From a virus: 64,000 nucleotides of DNA. Below, one piece after another: positions 10,419 through 20,902 of this stretch. The notes beneath the pieces were generated by a model, which saw only the letters and a list, made by a program, of their open reading frames with translations, made no database searches and had not been told where the DNA came from. The DNA lies in the IMG/VR virus record IMGVR_UViG_3300047160_019164, positions 1 to 64,000 of that record; one strand, written 5' to 3'. Within the stretch, counting starts at the first letter, position 1, and each line of letters opens with the position of its first letter. The position numbers and the translations under genes are program-made.

Positions 10419-10727
10419 ATGGGCGACCCGATTCCCGACCTTCCGCCACCGGACGTGCAAGATGCCGCGGGTGTGGATGCCGGCTTTGCACCGGGTCCGC
10501 CGGCGATCTCGCTCTGCGGATTCAAGCTTCCGCTGTTTCTGCTCGCCCTCAAGTACCGCATTCCGGGGCTCAATCTTCCCATTCCATTTCCCATCCCCAA
10601 ACTCGCCATCGGTTTGAGTTGTGACCTTTCCAACCCCATCAGCGTGACGGCCGGTGTGCCCGCGGGTGGTGGACGCAAAGCCACCTTCGACAAGGACCCG
10701 GACGAGGACTACGACAACGCGGCGTGA
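10419..10727 (+). CDS. Hypothetical Pro-rich protein
   Basis: ORF tiling within the baseplate module. Confidence 0.5.
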   Translation: MGDPIPDLPPPDVQDAAGVDAGFAPGPPAISLCGFKLPLFLLALKYRIPGLNLPIPFPIPKLAIGLSCDLSNPISVTAGVPAGGGRKATFDKDPDEDYDNAA

Positions 10728-10737
10728 GGAGACGACC

Positions 10738-11253
10738 ATGGCGGAGATCGGACCCACGCGACGTAGCTCGAGGACGACCCTTCAGGTGACGCCGACCAAT
10801 TCGGCGGAGCCGTTCAACGGAGGTGCGCAGGGTTGGTCGTACGAGGCCTTGCGTGCGTTCCCCGATCCATTCGGGACACGCATCGATCGCACGTTCCGCG
10901 CGCCCTTCCAAGCCGTCGCTATCGCCGACACGAACCCGCCGGTCGTGGGCAACTTCACGCCATCGCCGGGAAGCACCATCAACCCGACCACCATGCTCGG
11001 GTTCGACGTGACGGATAACGCAGGGCTCCGGCGCGTGATCCTCGGCGTGTACTTTCCCGGCTTTGGCTTCCAAGAGATCGTGCACGACGGCACGTCCTTT
11101 ATGCCCAACTATGCGGCGGCGAGCACGCGCGTGGCCATCACCAACGGCTACCGTTACACGGTGCAGCGCGCGGGAGGGTGGCCTCCGGCGGTGGCGTCGT
11201 TGACGCTCACCTTCAACGTGTGGGCAATCGACACCAGCGGAAACGAGGCTTGA
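10738..11253 (+). CDS. Hypothetical virion protein (Ig-like)
   Basis: AGGAG RBS; DTNPPVV...AIDTSGN pattern typical of Ig-like domains. Confidence 0.55.
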   Translation: MAEIGPTRRSSRTTLQVTPTNSAEPFNGGAQGWSYEALRAFPDPFGTRIDRTFRAPFQAVAIADTNPPVVGNFTPSPGSTINPTTMLGFDVTDNAGLRRVILGVYFPGFGFQEIVHDGTSFMPNYAAASTRVAITNGYRYTVQRAGGWPPAVASLTLTFNVWAIDTSGNEA

Positions 11254-11256
11254 CCC

Positions 11257-12225
11257 ATGCCGACGAGTGCTTCGTGGATTCTGCCCTTCCCGACTCCGCC
11301 GGTCGTTCCACCGAGCCCTCCGCCGACACCGGGACCTTCGTCGTTCGTGGTGAACGCGGTCATCGCTACGCGCGAGAACGTGGTGCGTGTCGAATTCTCG
11401 GCGGTCGCCTATTGGGATGGCCTGCTCACCAAGCGTGATGCGTCGACGTTGTCCTTCTACACGTTGTCGACCGTCGCCGGGACGAAGGGCTTCGATGATT
11501 CGCCCGTGCGACCGGTGACCATCCTGGGCGTGTCAGTCACCGACACCAGCGACGAGACCATCTTCGCGCCGGGGAGCGCTGGACGGTTCCTCGACATCAC
11601 GGTGGACCGACCCTTCACGCCGTACCCGGCGCAGTACACCCTCTCGATGAACGGGCTGTTTACGCCCGATATCACGACGTCGAGTGACTGGACACCGCTC
11701 GACGGTCCCTCGAGTACCAATGTCGCCTTCTACGGCGTGCAGAAGGTCATCGCGCCGCCGCGCGTAGACGCCGACAACTACCGCAAGGACTTCGCCAATA
11801 CGTCGTCCTCCAACACAGCAAAAGGACTCGTCAACAGCGCCGACGCGGACAACCCGCTGATGCTCGGCACTTTCGCGTACGACGAGCAAGGTGACTACGC
11901 AGCGGACGAGGGTGAAGTGTCGCTGATGAAGCGCATCTTCCGTCGAATGTTCTCCAAGCCGGGAGCGTTCTTGCACTTGGGTCCTGGCTATGGGCTCGGG
12001 CTTACCGGCTACGGCAAGAAGCTCATCATGGCGGGCCTCCAACAGCGTATTCAGGCCGAAGCCGTGCGTCAGATTCAGCGCGAACCAGAAGTGGCCAAGG
12101 CTGCCGTCATGTGGCGTCAGGACCCGAACTACCCGATGCTCGTGCGCATCACCATCTTGGTGCGCACGAAGACGGGTCGCACGCTCAAGTACGCGGCCCC
12201 GGTGTCGCTCAAGAACGCCGCGTAG
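11257..12225 (+). CDS. Baseplate wedge protein with C-terminal gp25/GPW-like domain
   Basis: C-terminal RIFRRMFSKPG..H..GYGLGL...QIQREPEV; directly before baseplate J. Confidence 0.6.
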   Translation: MPTSASWILPFPTPPVVPPSPPPTPGPSSFVVNAVIATRENVVRVEFSAVAYWDGLLTKRDASTLSFYTLSTVAGTKGFDDSPVRPVTILGVSVTDTSDETIFAPGSAGRFLDITVDRPFTPYPAQYTLSMNGLFTPDITTSSDWTPLDGPSSTNVAFYGVQKVIAPPRVDADNYRKDFANTSSSNTAKGLVNSADADNPLMLGTFAYDEQGDYAADEGEVSLMKRIFRRMFSKPGAFLHLGPGYGLGLTGYGKKLIMAGLQQRIQAEAVRQIQREPEVAKAAVMWRQDPNYPMLVRITILVRTKTGRTLKYAAPVSLKNAA

Positions 12226-12226
12226 T

Positions 12227-12250
12227 CCACCGCACGGCGCCGTGCGGTGG
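12227..12250. repeat. 24-bp palindrome copy 3
   Basis: Perfect copy 1 nt after a TAG stop. Confidence 0.97.
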
Positions 12251-12288
12251 GATGGACCCGAGCAGCGCCGCCAGCTACTCTCGCGGGC

Positions 12289-13401
12289 ATGGACGTCGTG
12301 ACGCGGCTCGACCTCTACGCCATTGGGCGTGACTATGTCGTTCAGCGGGCGAAGAAGATCGACCCGACGATGGTCGACGTCGAAGGTAGTGACGTCAACG
12401 TGTTCGTCGGTAGCGGCTCCGTCATGTCGTTCGCCGTGATGAAGCAACTGCTCTACGCAGTGAATCGACTCTTCCTCGACGGCTGCGAAGACGAAGACCT
12501 CGATCGCTACGCGTGGGACCGCTACCAAACGACGCGCAAGGGAGCGTCGCCCGCGCTCGGTGCAGTGCGCTTCTATCGAGCGAACGCAACAGCGGGCTCG
12601 GGCACGATTCCCATCGGCACCAAGCTCCGGACAACGACCGGCATCGAGTACGTCACCACGTCGGTCGCGTCGTTCGGTGCCAGCGATCTCGTCTCGAAGG
12701 CCAACGTGCGCGCCGTGCAAGCGGGCAAGGCGACGCAGGTCGGCGCCAACTACATCCGGCAGTTCGCGAGTCCTGCGGCGATCTTCGATCGCATCATGCA
12801 GGTCAACAACGACAAGGCGACCGCAGGTGGCGAGGACATCGAGAACGATTCGTTGTTCAAGGATCGTCTTCGTGACTTCTGGCGCACCGCACGTCGCGGC
12901 ATCCTTGCTGCCATCGAAGTCGGTGCGAAGACGGTCCCCGGTGTCGTGTCGGCGCAGGCCATCGAAGCGCTCACCGACGGCGGATTGCCTGCGCGGTTGG
13001 TGAGCCTCTACATCGCGGACTCGAGTGGTGTCGCAAGCGATGCACTCGCACAGCAAGTGAAAACGGCACTCGACGACTACCGAGCAGGCGGTATCTACGT
13101 GTCCATCAACACGTCGATCCCCACCATCGTGAACATCGTGTTGAAGCTCGTCTTCGCGGCCAACGTCGACACCAACACGCTCTCGGACAACATCCGCGCG
13201 TCGGTGGTCGAGTACATCAACAGTCTCCCGGTCAACGGTACGCTGACGCTCGGTGGTATCTACGCAGTGCTTCAGCGCTTCGTCGCCGATGGGCTCATCC
13301 TGTCGTCCAACACCATTCAGTCGCCCGCGGCGGACATTGTTCCGGCAGTTGGCCAAACGCTCCGCACTACGCTCACCAACGTCATTCCTGCGGCTGCCTG
13401 A
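12289..13401 (+). CDS. Baseplate J-like protein
   Basis: LD...RKGASPA.G.V.F, IPIGT, AGGEDIENDSLFKDR, VPGV, DDYRAGG motifs. Confidence 0.9.
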   Translation: MDVVTRLDLYAIGRDYVVQRAKKIDPTMVDVEGSDVNVFVGSGSVMSFAVMKQLLYAVNRLFLDGCEDEDLDRYAWDRYQTTRKGASPALGAVRFYRANATAGSGTIPIGTKLRTTTGIEYVTTSVASFGASDLVSKANVRAVQAGKATQVGANYIRQFASPAAIFDRIMQVNNDKATAGGEDIENDSLFKDRLRDFWRTARRGILAAIEVGAKTVPGVVSAQAIEALTDGGLPARLVSLYIADSSGVASDALAQQVKTALDDYRAGGIYVSINTSIPTIVNIVLKLVFAANVDTNTLSDNIRASVVEYINSLPVNGTLTLGGIYAVLQRFVADGLILSSNTIQSPAADIVPAVGQTLRTTLTNVIPAAA

Positions 13402-13404
13402 CCC

Positions 13405-15081
13405 ATGGCCGACACCGACGCAAAGAGCGGCGCGCTGACGCAGGCAGACCTTCTCGACATCTGGAAGGGCTCCGTCGACACCGACTACGCCGACCCGCTC
13501 ATTGCCGCAGGTGATAGCGGTGGGATGGAAGCGTACGACCAGTTCATGGCGCAGCTTGCGCGCGTCTCAACCGCTATCGATGCGACCACGCAAGCGCTCT
13601 ACATCCTGCCGCACTCGTCGCAGACCAATCCACCCGCGGGTGGTGCGCGCAAGGCCACGACTACGCTCTCCATCTCGCGCACGGGCAACCTCGCGAAGCC
13701 ACTCATCCTCGGTGCCGGGATGATCTTCGCAGAAGAAGTACAGAACGATTGGAGCGAAGACGGTAGCGACCCGGTCCACACCGGACGTCGCTACGTGCTT
13801 GCTGCCAACGCGTTCTTCCCGCCGGGCGAGACGGGTCCGGTACAAGTGGTGGCGACAGCGGAACGTGTTGGAGCTGGTTACAACAACCCGCTCATCGGCA
13901 GCATCAACTATCTGTCGCAACCCGGCTCGGCGTTCAACAACACCATCGCCAGCGTGACCGTGTACGCACCCGCGGTGACGGATGCTCCCGGTGTGCGGGC
14001 ACGTGTGCAGCTCGTGACGCAGAACCAGGCCGACACGGTCATTCCGGAACATGTCGGCCAGTACGTGCGATTCACGGGTGGTTCGAACGCATCGCGCGTT
14101 GCACGTATGACCTTCTATTCGCCGGCCGATCTGACCACGTCTCCACCGAGTGGTGGGTCGGTCGACCTCGAGATCGACTACGTCGTAACGGGCTTCACGT
14201 GGACGGGCTCGTTCACGCAAGGTGAGCAGGTCGCGTTCAAGATCGGCGCGGCGACGGTGGGCTACGGCTTCCATATCGCCGACGCACTTGTCACTAACGT
14301 GACAGGCAAGTGTGGTGCGTTCTACTTGACCAGTGGGACGTTCGGCACGTCGGTTCAAGGGCTCGCCAGCGGCGCAACACTCCCCGTCGACATCACGTAC
14401 GAGAACACGCCCATCGTCGCCGAGTCAGGGACGGCATCGTGGCAAGTGCTCGATTGGGTGACCGATTGGGGCATCACGCTCACCAACCTCGCGCAGCCTG
14501 CCAACGGACGTTCGCCGATGCTCGACCAGCTCGGTGACGAGCGGAAGGTTGCGCGGGCGCCCGGTGAATCGGATGACGCGTATCGTCTTCGTGTTGCAGC
14601 CGTCGCCGACGTGGTGACGCCGAACGCCATCAAGCGCGCCATCAACAAGGTGCTTGTCCCTCTCGGTCTGACGGGTTGCTTCCGCGAGATCGGGCAGGAC
14701 ACGTTCCCCGGCCTCTTCTTCGACGGCGCTTCAACCGATCCTTCGGATAGTGCTGGTGCGCTCGATTACGACTTCACGGTCAACCCGGCGGACCGCTTCA
14801 AGGTGATGGTCGATCATCTCGAGATGCGCGCCTTCATGCTCATCGGCGTACCTGACATCCCTGCGACGAGCGACTTCGGGTTCTTCTTCGACGGCACCAC
14901 AGGAGACGCGGTGCAAGGGAGTCCCGGAGCATTCGACTTGTATGGCACGGGATTCGGTGCGCTCGACGGATTCGCATCGGTCACCACGACCGTGTACAAG
15001 GCTGTGTATCAAGCGGTCGATTCCGTGCGCGCGGGCGGAGTTGGCTTCGATCTCTACCGCGAGAACGTGTCCTGTCCGTAG
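13405..15081 (+). CDS. Baseplate wedge / tail protein
   Basis: LDQLGDERKVARAPGESDDAYRLR motif; follows baseplate J. Confidence 0.65.
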   Translation: MADTDAKSGALTQADLLDIWKGSVDTDYADPLIAAGDSGGMEAYDQFMAQLARVSTAIDATTQALYILPHSSQTNPPAGGARKATTTLSISRTGNLAKPLILGAGMIFAEEVQNDWSEDGSDPVHTGRRYVLAANAFFPPGETGPVQVVATAERVGAGYNNPLIGSINYLSQPGSAFNNTIASVTVYAPAVTDAPGVRARVQLVTQNQADTVIPEHVGQYVRFTGGSNASRVARMTFYSPADLTTSPPSGGSVDLEIDYVVTGFTWTGSFTQGEQVAFKIGAATVGYGFHIADALVTNVTGKCGAFYLTSGTFGTSVQGLASGATLPVDITYENTPIVAESGTASWQVLDWVTDWGITLTNLAQPANGRSPMLDQLGDERKVARAPGESDDAYRLRVAAVADVVTPNAIKRAINKVLVPLGLTGCFREIGQDTFPGLFFDGASTDPSDSAGALDYDFTVNPADRFKVMVDHLEMRAFMLIGVPDIPATSDFGFFFDGTTGDAVQGSPGAFDLYGTGFGALDGFASVTTTVYKAVYQAVDSVRAGGVGFDLYRENVSCP

Positions 15082-15093
15082 GAGGCTCGCGCC

Positions 15094-16836
15094 ATGGGTA
15101 GCGGAAGCAAGACTCTCGTCCTCAATTCCCGTGAACGCGCTGTCTCGACGGACTTCAACCGTCTTCAGCAATTCAGGGGTGCGGACCAAGCCGAATTCAT
15201 GCGGTACTGGCTTATGGCGCAGCTCGCCGAGGAGTCGAGTGACGGACTCATCCTGGCGTTCCCCACGGGTGGCGAAGCACCTGCCAGTGGCATCATCTTC
15301 AATGGGTTGATGGCGAGCCCTGCCATCGGCGGAACCGACATGCTCATCACTGCGGGTGTGATGTTGATGATCGATCCCGACTTGTCGCCGTCGACGGACG
15401 ACAGTGTCGCCAAGTTCATCGTCGACCCCGGTGTGTCCTCGAGCGGGGTGCTCGTCTTCACGCCCAACGCATCGGGACAGACGCGTGTCGACATCATCGA
15501 ATGTGCTCGTGTGCGCAGCGATCGCGATGGACTCGGGAACGTGAACGTGGCGGCGACGATCATCGAGACGTCGAACCGCGACATCTACAATCCGAGCACT
15601 GGCACCTTCTCCGCGGCGACCGTCACCAAGGTGCGCGCGGACGGGCGCCTCACCTTTCGCATTCGTACCGGAACGCCTGGGAGCGGATTCCCTGGCGTCG
15701 CCGCGGGATGGAAGCCGTTGGCGGTCGCCGTCGTTCCGACGGGCACGACCAATTGGGACGGCGCCACGTTGTACGACGTGCGCAACTTGGTTGCCGATCG
15801 CGCGCGCAACTCGCAACATCAGCAACGTGACATCCTCGAACGATTCCCGGCCGGGATTCGCATGGCGTCGAGTACCGCGGTCGGAGCGGCACCTGCCTAC
15901 GTGGCTGGGCAGCCCGTGCCGCGCAACTACCTGATGGGACGTGCGGAGGTCTACTTCAAGGGGAAGCGTGCGGGTGGCACGTTGCCGGTCGGTGGCATCG
16001 ACTGCTTCACGTCGCCGTCGACGAACGTGTACGCGGAGTCGGGCTTCGCTACGGCGGTCAGTGGCTCGAGCGGCTTGTGGGCGTACCTCTACGCCGCATT
16101 CCCGTACGGTCTCCCGCGCTGGTGCAAGTACACGGGAGTCAACGGCATCAACCCGCGCGTCCCCGGCAACTTCCGCGGCATCCCCATCGTCAGCACGCGC
16201 ACGCCGAACGACTACACGATGCGCCCGTCGTCGGCGTTGGCCTTTCCTCCCGGTGTCGGGCTCACTGGCACGGTGGCGACGACGGACGCGGTGTGCGTGT
16301 TCCAGGTGCCAGCCGACGCGACGGACAACTTCCTTCCGTGTGCGGCCGATGGGGCGTGGGTTCAGCTCTCGGGCGGTGCGTCCCCGTTGCCCATGCAACT
16401 CACGCGCAATCCTGGCACCAACGTCAGCTACAACACGGGCTACGTGCCCGTGTTCGATCTCATCGAAGGGACGAACATCCCGTTCGGCACGCGTGCTGTG
16501 CGCATCGAGATGCAAGCGACGCTCACGCTCAATGCGACGCTCAACCGCGATCAACTCGTACGCGGGCAGATCGATGGGTATGAAGTCGCCGCGTCGACGC
16601 CGTACGAAGCCACCTTCGTCCAGGGCTACGAGACGGTCATCCTGCACATCAACGGTGTCAGCACGGACACGTACGCGATGGGCGGCACGTTCACCTTCTC
16701 GCTACCGCCGAACGAAGCCATCGCTGGCTCGTGGGCCGCGCGCACGTACAAGGTCGGGCTCTTCACGACGCCCGGCACCAACGTCACGATGAGCGGTTCG
16801 AACGGCACGGCATTCGTGCGCGCATACAAGCTCTGA
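15094..16836 (+). CDS. Tail fibre / receptor-binding protein
   Basis: Position; N-terminal DFNRLQ...RVDII..PGTP-like attachment region; beta-rich C-terminus. Confidence 0.6.
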   Translation: MGSGSKTLVLNSRERAVSTDFNRLQQFRGADQAEFMRYWLMAQLAEESSDGLILAFPTGGEAPASGIIFNGLMASPAIGGTDMLITAGVMLMIDPDLSPSTDDSVAKFIVDPGVSSSGVLVFTPNASGQTRVDIIECARVRSDRDGLGNVNVAATIIETSNRDIYNPSTGTFSAATVTKVRADGRLTFRIRTGTPGSGFPGVAAGWKPLAVAVVPTGTTNWDGATLYDVRNLVADRARNSQHQQRDILERFPAGIRMASSTAVGAAPAYVAGQPVPRNYLMGRAEVYFKGKRAGGTLPVGGIDCFTSPSTNVYAESGFATAVSGSSGLWAYLYAAFPYGLPRWCKYTGVNGINPRVPGNFRGIPIVSTRTPNDYTMRPSSALAFPPGVGLTGTVATTDAVCVFQVPADATDNFLPCAADGAWVQLSGGASPLPMQLTRNPGTNVSYNTGYVPVFDLIEGTNIPFGTRAVRIEMQATLTLNATLNRDQLVRGQIDGYEVAASTPYEATFVQGYETVILHINGVSTDTYAMGGTFTFSLPPNEAIAGSWAARTYKVGLFTTPGTNVTMSGSNGTAFVRAYKL

Positions 16837-16877
16837 ATCGACCTCGCCAGCACCTCTCGAACAGGAAGGGTACTCAC

Positions 16878-17564
16878 GTGGCCGATCCGAACATGCTCAT
16901 CCCCATCGGCTTCGTCATCCAACTCTGTGCGACGGTGTTCGCGGCGGGGATGGGTTATCAGTCGCTCCGCGACATCAAGGAGCGCCAGAAGGAAGACCGC
17001 GACAAGAACGAGAAGGCACTCAAGGAAGCGGTCGAGAAACGCGACAAGGACATCAAGGAGATTCACGAGAAGCACGAGCGCGAGCTGAAGGAAGTGCGCA
17101 ACGAAACCAAGGCAGACGTGAATCTGCTTCGCAGCGAGCATGCCAAGACGCTCTCCGACGTGCGCGCCGAGTCGCAGGCTGGCCGTGAAGCCATCCGACT
17201 CGAGATGTCGACGATGATCCAAACAACTGCCGAAGTGCGCGCCGAGCGCATGTCGCAGTTCTTCAAGGACTTCGAGAAGCTCGAGGTAGAGACGGTGCGT
17301 GGCTTCGGCGAGATCAAGAGCATCATCAACGAAGTGGCCGGTCGTGTGAACGCGCTCTACACCGAGATGCGCGACATGTCGTGGAAGGTGAAGAACCTCG
17401 AAGACGACATGGAAGAGGCTGGTAACGCGAAGCGCAGCGGCAAGAGCGCACCACGGATGGATGCCGTATCGGCTCCGCCATACGGAGGGCGCCCCGATAT
17501 CGCACGTGATTCTGGCCCCAGCTTCGATCCGCAAGCCGGTCGACACGGGAAGGTCACGCGCTAG
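16878..17564 (+). CDS. Membrane-anchored coiled-coil protein (possible lysis module)
   Basis: N-terminal hydrophobic segment then a long charged coiled coil; GTG start after GGAAGG. Confidence 0.55.
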   Translation: MADPNMLIPIGFVIQLCATVFAAGMGYQSLRDIKERQKEDRDKNEKALKEAVEKRDKDIKEIHEKHERELKEVRNETKADVNLLRSEHAKTLSDVRAESQAGREAIRLEMSTMIQTTAEVRAERMSQFFKDFEKLEVETVRGFGEIKSIINEVAGRVNALYTEMRDMSWKVKNLEDDMEEAGNAKRSGKSAPRMDAVSAPPYGGRPDIARDSGPSFDPQAGRHGKVTR

Positions 17565-17596
17565 ACGGCGGTGGTGGACTCGGTCAGAATCGGCAC

Positions 17597-17950
17597 ATGG
17601 CCGACGACACCAATCCCTCCCCGCAGCCGCAAGGCGTGAAGCCCTGGTCGCTCATCCTCAGCAGCCGCAAAGGCGTTTTCACGTTGGTTGGCATCGGCCT
17701 CGTGTTGCTGATGGCGACCGGCTTCGTGGTCTTGATCCTCGTGCAGACGGCGCGCGGCGTCATGACCATCGAACAGGCCATGACACTCACGTTCGGCACG
17801 CTGCTCACGGCGGTGCTCGGAGCAATGTGGGCGGTCACCAAGTTCGTCGACAGCACGTCAAAGGAAGACGTTGCCAAGTTCGCCGCACAGGCCAAGCCTT
17901 CCACCGTGCAGACCAACATCACCAAGGTCGAAGACAAGAAGCCCGACTAG
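17597..17950 (+). CDS. Holin-like protein
   Basis: 117 aa, two hydrophobic segments, charged C-terminus, end of structural module. Confidence 0.55.
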   Translation: MADDTNPSPQPQGVKPWSLILSSRKGVFTLVGIGLVLLMATGFVVLILVQTARGVMTIEQAMTLTFGTLLTAVLGAMWAVTKFVDSTSKEDVAKFAAQAKPSTVQTNITKVEDKKPD

Positions 17951-17951
17951 C

Positions 17952-17975
17952 CCACCGCACGGCGCCGTGCGGTGG
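17952..17975. repeat. 24-bp palindrome copy 4 (extended to 38 bp, 17945-17982)
   Basis: gactagc-core-gctagtc; the left arm includes the stop codon. Confidence 0.97.
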
Positions 17976-18030
17976 GCTAGTCATTGCATCGTCGGTGCCA
18001 GGCTGTCTATTGTTTCCCAATGGAAACTAT

Positions 18031-18371
18031 GGCACCGGGGGAACCCCGGAGTCGACGAGCGAAGCGGCGTTACACAATGCCTAGGCACCGGGGGAGAGTG
18101 GGGCGGGTCCGAAGGACACGTCCCACGAGGGGGAACCCCGGTTACTTGGGGGAACGAGGGAATTGGTTAGTGGGGAACCAGACCTCCGCGCTTCGCGCTC
18201 CGGTCAGCTCGTGTGTGCTCATTCGCGGAGACGCCTTCGGCGCTCCGCTCATCTCGCACACACTCGAGCGCGCTGACGCGCGCACTTGTAGTTTCGAAGT
18301 TCGCTTCGCGAAGATGACGGCGATGAAGGATCGCGAAGTTCCTCACGAGAAGGATCGCGAAGTTCCTCACG
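18031..18371. repeat. Non-coding repeat region (GGGGGAAC-like repeats plus 24-bp-period tandem), possible origin
   Basis: GGGG(G)A(AC) about five times in 18035-18179; GAAGGATCGCGAAGTTCCTCACG at 18325 and 18349. Confidence 0.55.
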
Positions 18372-18384
18372 GCATAACCAATCC

Positions 18385-19866
18385 ATGAAGACGCTCATCA
18401 TCGTCGACAATCGAGTGCGGGTTCCGATCGCGGGATTGGCGGGTCACGTCATCCAAGAGCTGAAGGATTCCTTCCGCCACGAGAATCCGGAGTGGCTGAA
18501 GAAGAAGCGCATGAACCTACCCACGTATGGTGAGCCGCGCACGTACGTGACCTGGAAGGACGAAGGTGGTGGTGTCCTGAGCTTCCCGCGTGGTGGGTTC
18601 GCGCGCGTGCGCACCGTGCTCGAGATGGCGAACGTCGAATGCTCGTTCAAGGACAAGCGCACGACGGGCGTTTCGTTCGGAAGCCTCGTCACCGGCAAAG
18701 AGCCGAAGGAGATCCCGAAGCACCTCTACACGCTGTATACCCACCAAGAAGAAGCTCTCGCGGCGGCGCACAAGACGCAGAACTGCGTTGTGCGGGCACC
18801 GACCGGCTCGGGAAAGACGACGGTGGGCTTCGCGCTCGCCAGCGCGATTCAGTTACCGACGCTTGTGATCGTGTGGGCTGGTGCGCTCTTCACACAGTGG
18901 CAGAAGCGCGCGGTTACCGAGCTGGGATACAAGCCGTCGCAGGTCGGCGTAGTGCGTGGTGGGAAGTTCAAGCTCAAGCCGCTGACCATCGCCATGCAAC
19001 AGAGCATCGCCAAGGTGTTCGAGCGTGGCGGAGACGAAGCCGAAGAGTTGCGAGCTTTCCCCGGCGCGGTCATCTGCGACGAGGTGCAGCGGTTCGCGGC
19101 GCCAACGCTTTTCGCAGCGGTGGACCCGTTCCCTGCCAAGTATCGCATCGGCATCAGCGCAGATGAGACGCGCAAGGACCGAAAGGAATTCCTCATCTAC
19201 GACCTGTTCGGTCAAGTCGCTGCCGACATCCCGCGTAGCCGCTTGGTGAAGGAAGGCCACGTGCTCGACGTCGAGATCCGCGTGGTCCCGACCAAGTTCG
19301 ATAGCCGCATCCGCGGTGACTTCAACGCATTGCTCGAGGAGATGATCAACGACGAAGCGCGGAACCATCTGGTCGAAGTGATCGTCGAAGGCGAAACGAA
19401 GCGCAGCGAGCAGGTCGTGGCGCTCACACATCGGCGTGAGCACGCCATCGCGATGGACGCTTCCTTTGCACGCATGGGCCTCAAGAGCGGCATCATGCTC
19501 GGAGGTGTTGCCGGCGATGCCACGCGCTTCGAAGAAGCGAACCAGGGCTTGCTCAGTGGCGACTACCGCACTGCGGCGGCGACCATTCAGGCGTTCGGCA
19601 CGGGCATCGACATTCCACGACTCGCCATCGGCATTGTGACCACCCCGCTCGCTGCGAACCGGCAGCTCTTTGGTCAGGTGCGTGGGCGCTTCTGTCGGAA
19701 GGGCAAAGAGAGCGCACGGCTCTACTACTTGTGGGATCGCGCGTACTACGGCCTGCGTCACCTCGAAAACCTGGTGCGATGGAACACGCGCGTGCTGGTG
19801 CTCGAGAAGGGTGAGTGGGTCGATGCCAAGGTGTACATCAAGTCCATCCGCAAGTTCGGCATGTAG
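18385..19866 (+). CDS. SF2 helicase (ResIII/UvsW-like)
   Basis: APTGSGKT, DEVQ, SA, GTGIDIP, QVRGR motifs. Confidence 0.9.
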   Translation: MKTLIIVDNRVRVPIAGLAGHVIQELKDSFRHENPEWLKKKRMNLPTYGEPRTYVTWKDEGGGVLSFPRGGFARVRTVLEMANVECSFKDKRTTGVSFGSLVTGKEPKEIPKHLYTLYTHQEEALAAAHKTQNCVVRAPTGSGKTTVGFALASAIQLPTLVIVWAGALFTQWQKRAVTELGYKPSQVGVVRGGKFKLKPLTIAMQQSIAKVFERGGDEAEELRAFPGAVICDEVQRFAAPTLFAAVDPFPAKYRIGISADETRKDRKEFLIYDLFGQVAADIPRSRLVKEGHVLDVEIRVVPTKFDSRIRGDFNALLEEMINDEARNHLVEVIVEGETKRSEQVVALTHRREHAIAMDASFARMGLKSGIMLGGVAGDATRFEEANQGLLSGDYRTAAATIQAFGTGIDIPRLAIGIVTTPLAANRQLFGQVRGRFCRKGKESARLYYLWDRAYYGLRHLENLVRWNTRVLVLEKGEWVDAKVYIKSIRKFGM

Positions 19867-19890
19867 CCACCGCACGGCGCCGTGCGGTGG
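19867..19890. repeat. 24-bp palindrome copy 5
   Basis: Perfect copy abutting a TAG stop. Confidence 0.97.
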
Positions 19891-20000
19891 CTGTTGCTTA
19901 GCTGTGATTCGTGGCGGAGCGCTAGGGGGGTAGAATCGAGGCGTTAGCGGCATAACGGCAATTGCAGTTCATTCGGCACTAACCCCTCCGAGGAGGACCC

Positions 20001-20399
20001 TTGAAGAAGCGCAGTGAAGCCGCTGAGGCGGCGAAGCCCCCCACGAAGAACTTCATCGAAGACGCGGCCGACAAGGCCGAGACACAGGTCCGCAGGAAGG
20101 AGTCGCTCGCAACTGCGGCGAATGGTGGCATCGGTCCCAATGTGTTTCCCGACGGTGACCAAGACGAGTCGGTGACCGTGGTGCTCGGCGAGATCAAGCT
20201 CCAACCAAAGCAGTTCAACGTCATCACCATCGGGCCGTTCAGCACCACCACGCGTGTGCGACCGGGCGAGACCCGCAACGATGCCGCGCGCCGCGCGCGT
20301 GCACAGCTCGCGGTCGTTCAGCGCGAGGAATTCGATCGCGTGATGAAGATGTTCCGCGAGTGCTACCCGCAGATGTTCAAGCAGGAGGGTGGCGAATGA
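20001..20399 (+). CDS. Hypothetical protein
   Basis: GAGGAGG RBS, TTG start. Confidence 0.6.
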   Translation: MKKRSEAAEAAKPPTKNFIEDAADKAETQVRRKESLATAANGGIGPNVFPDGDQDESVTVVLGEIKLQPKQFNVITIGPFSTTTRVRPGETRNDAARRARAQLAVVQREEFDRVMKMFRECYPQMFKQEGGE

Positions 20400-20902
20400 G
20401 CGCGGTTGCCAAGATCGACGACGACATGTTCGAGACCGTCGATGCAGATCGCCTCAAAGCACAGGAAGAGATGGAGGCCATGCATGCGGCGCGGCGCGCG
20501 AAGAAGCGCACGTCGATTTCCATCGGTAACAAGGGTTGGTCGCGCACGGTCGAAGAGACCGCAAAGATGATGCAGACCGGCGAGTGGGAAGGTGCCACGG
20601 GGCGGCATTTCTCGGCGCTGTTCACCATCCTCTTCCATCGCGTCTACAAGGTCGACGCGGACATGACGTCGCAGGATCGTGCGTGGGCGGCAGGGCTCGC
20701 CAACAAGATGCTCCGCGAGAAGTTCAGCGACAACGCGGGTGAGATGGCCGGCTTCATGCGGTGGTGCTGGCAGCGTGAGGAGAGCCGCGAGAAGTGGCGC
20801 CGCGACAACTCGCAAAGTGGTTCCGTTATGTCGTGGCGGTGGCAGTTCAACACGAAGCTCTACACCGAGTGGCGTGTCGACATGATGCGCCACAAGGCGT
20901 GA
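20396..20902 (+). CDS. Hypothetical protein
   Basis: ATGA overlap with the upstream gene. Confidence 0.6.
   Translation: MSAVAKIDDDMFETVDADRLKAQEEMEAMHAARRAKKRTSISIGNKGWSRTVEETAKMMQTGEWEGATGRHFSALFTILFHRVYKVDADMTSQDRAWAAGLANKMLREKFSDNAGEMAGFMRWCWQREESREKWRRDNSQSGSVMSWRWQFNTKLYTEWRVDMMRHKA

Noticed and set aside
2720-16877. TAC(A/T)CT-like late promoter motif before some structural genes
   Set aside because: Too few and too degenerate instances to support by eye.
1-17950. Tailocin or extracellular contractile injection system rather than a phage
   Set aside because: The tail module is contiguous with a full phage replication and early-gene set; head genes probably lie outside the window.
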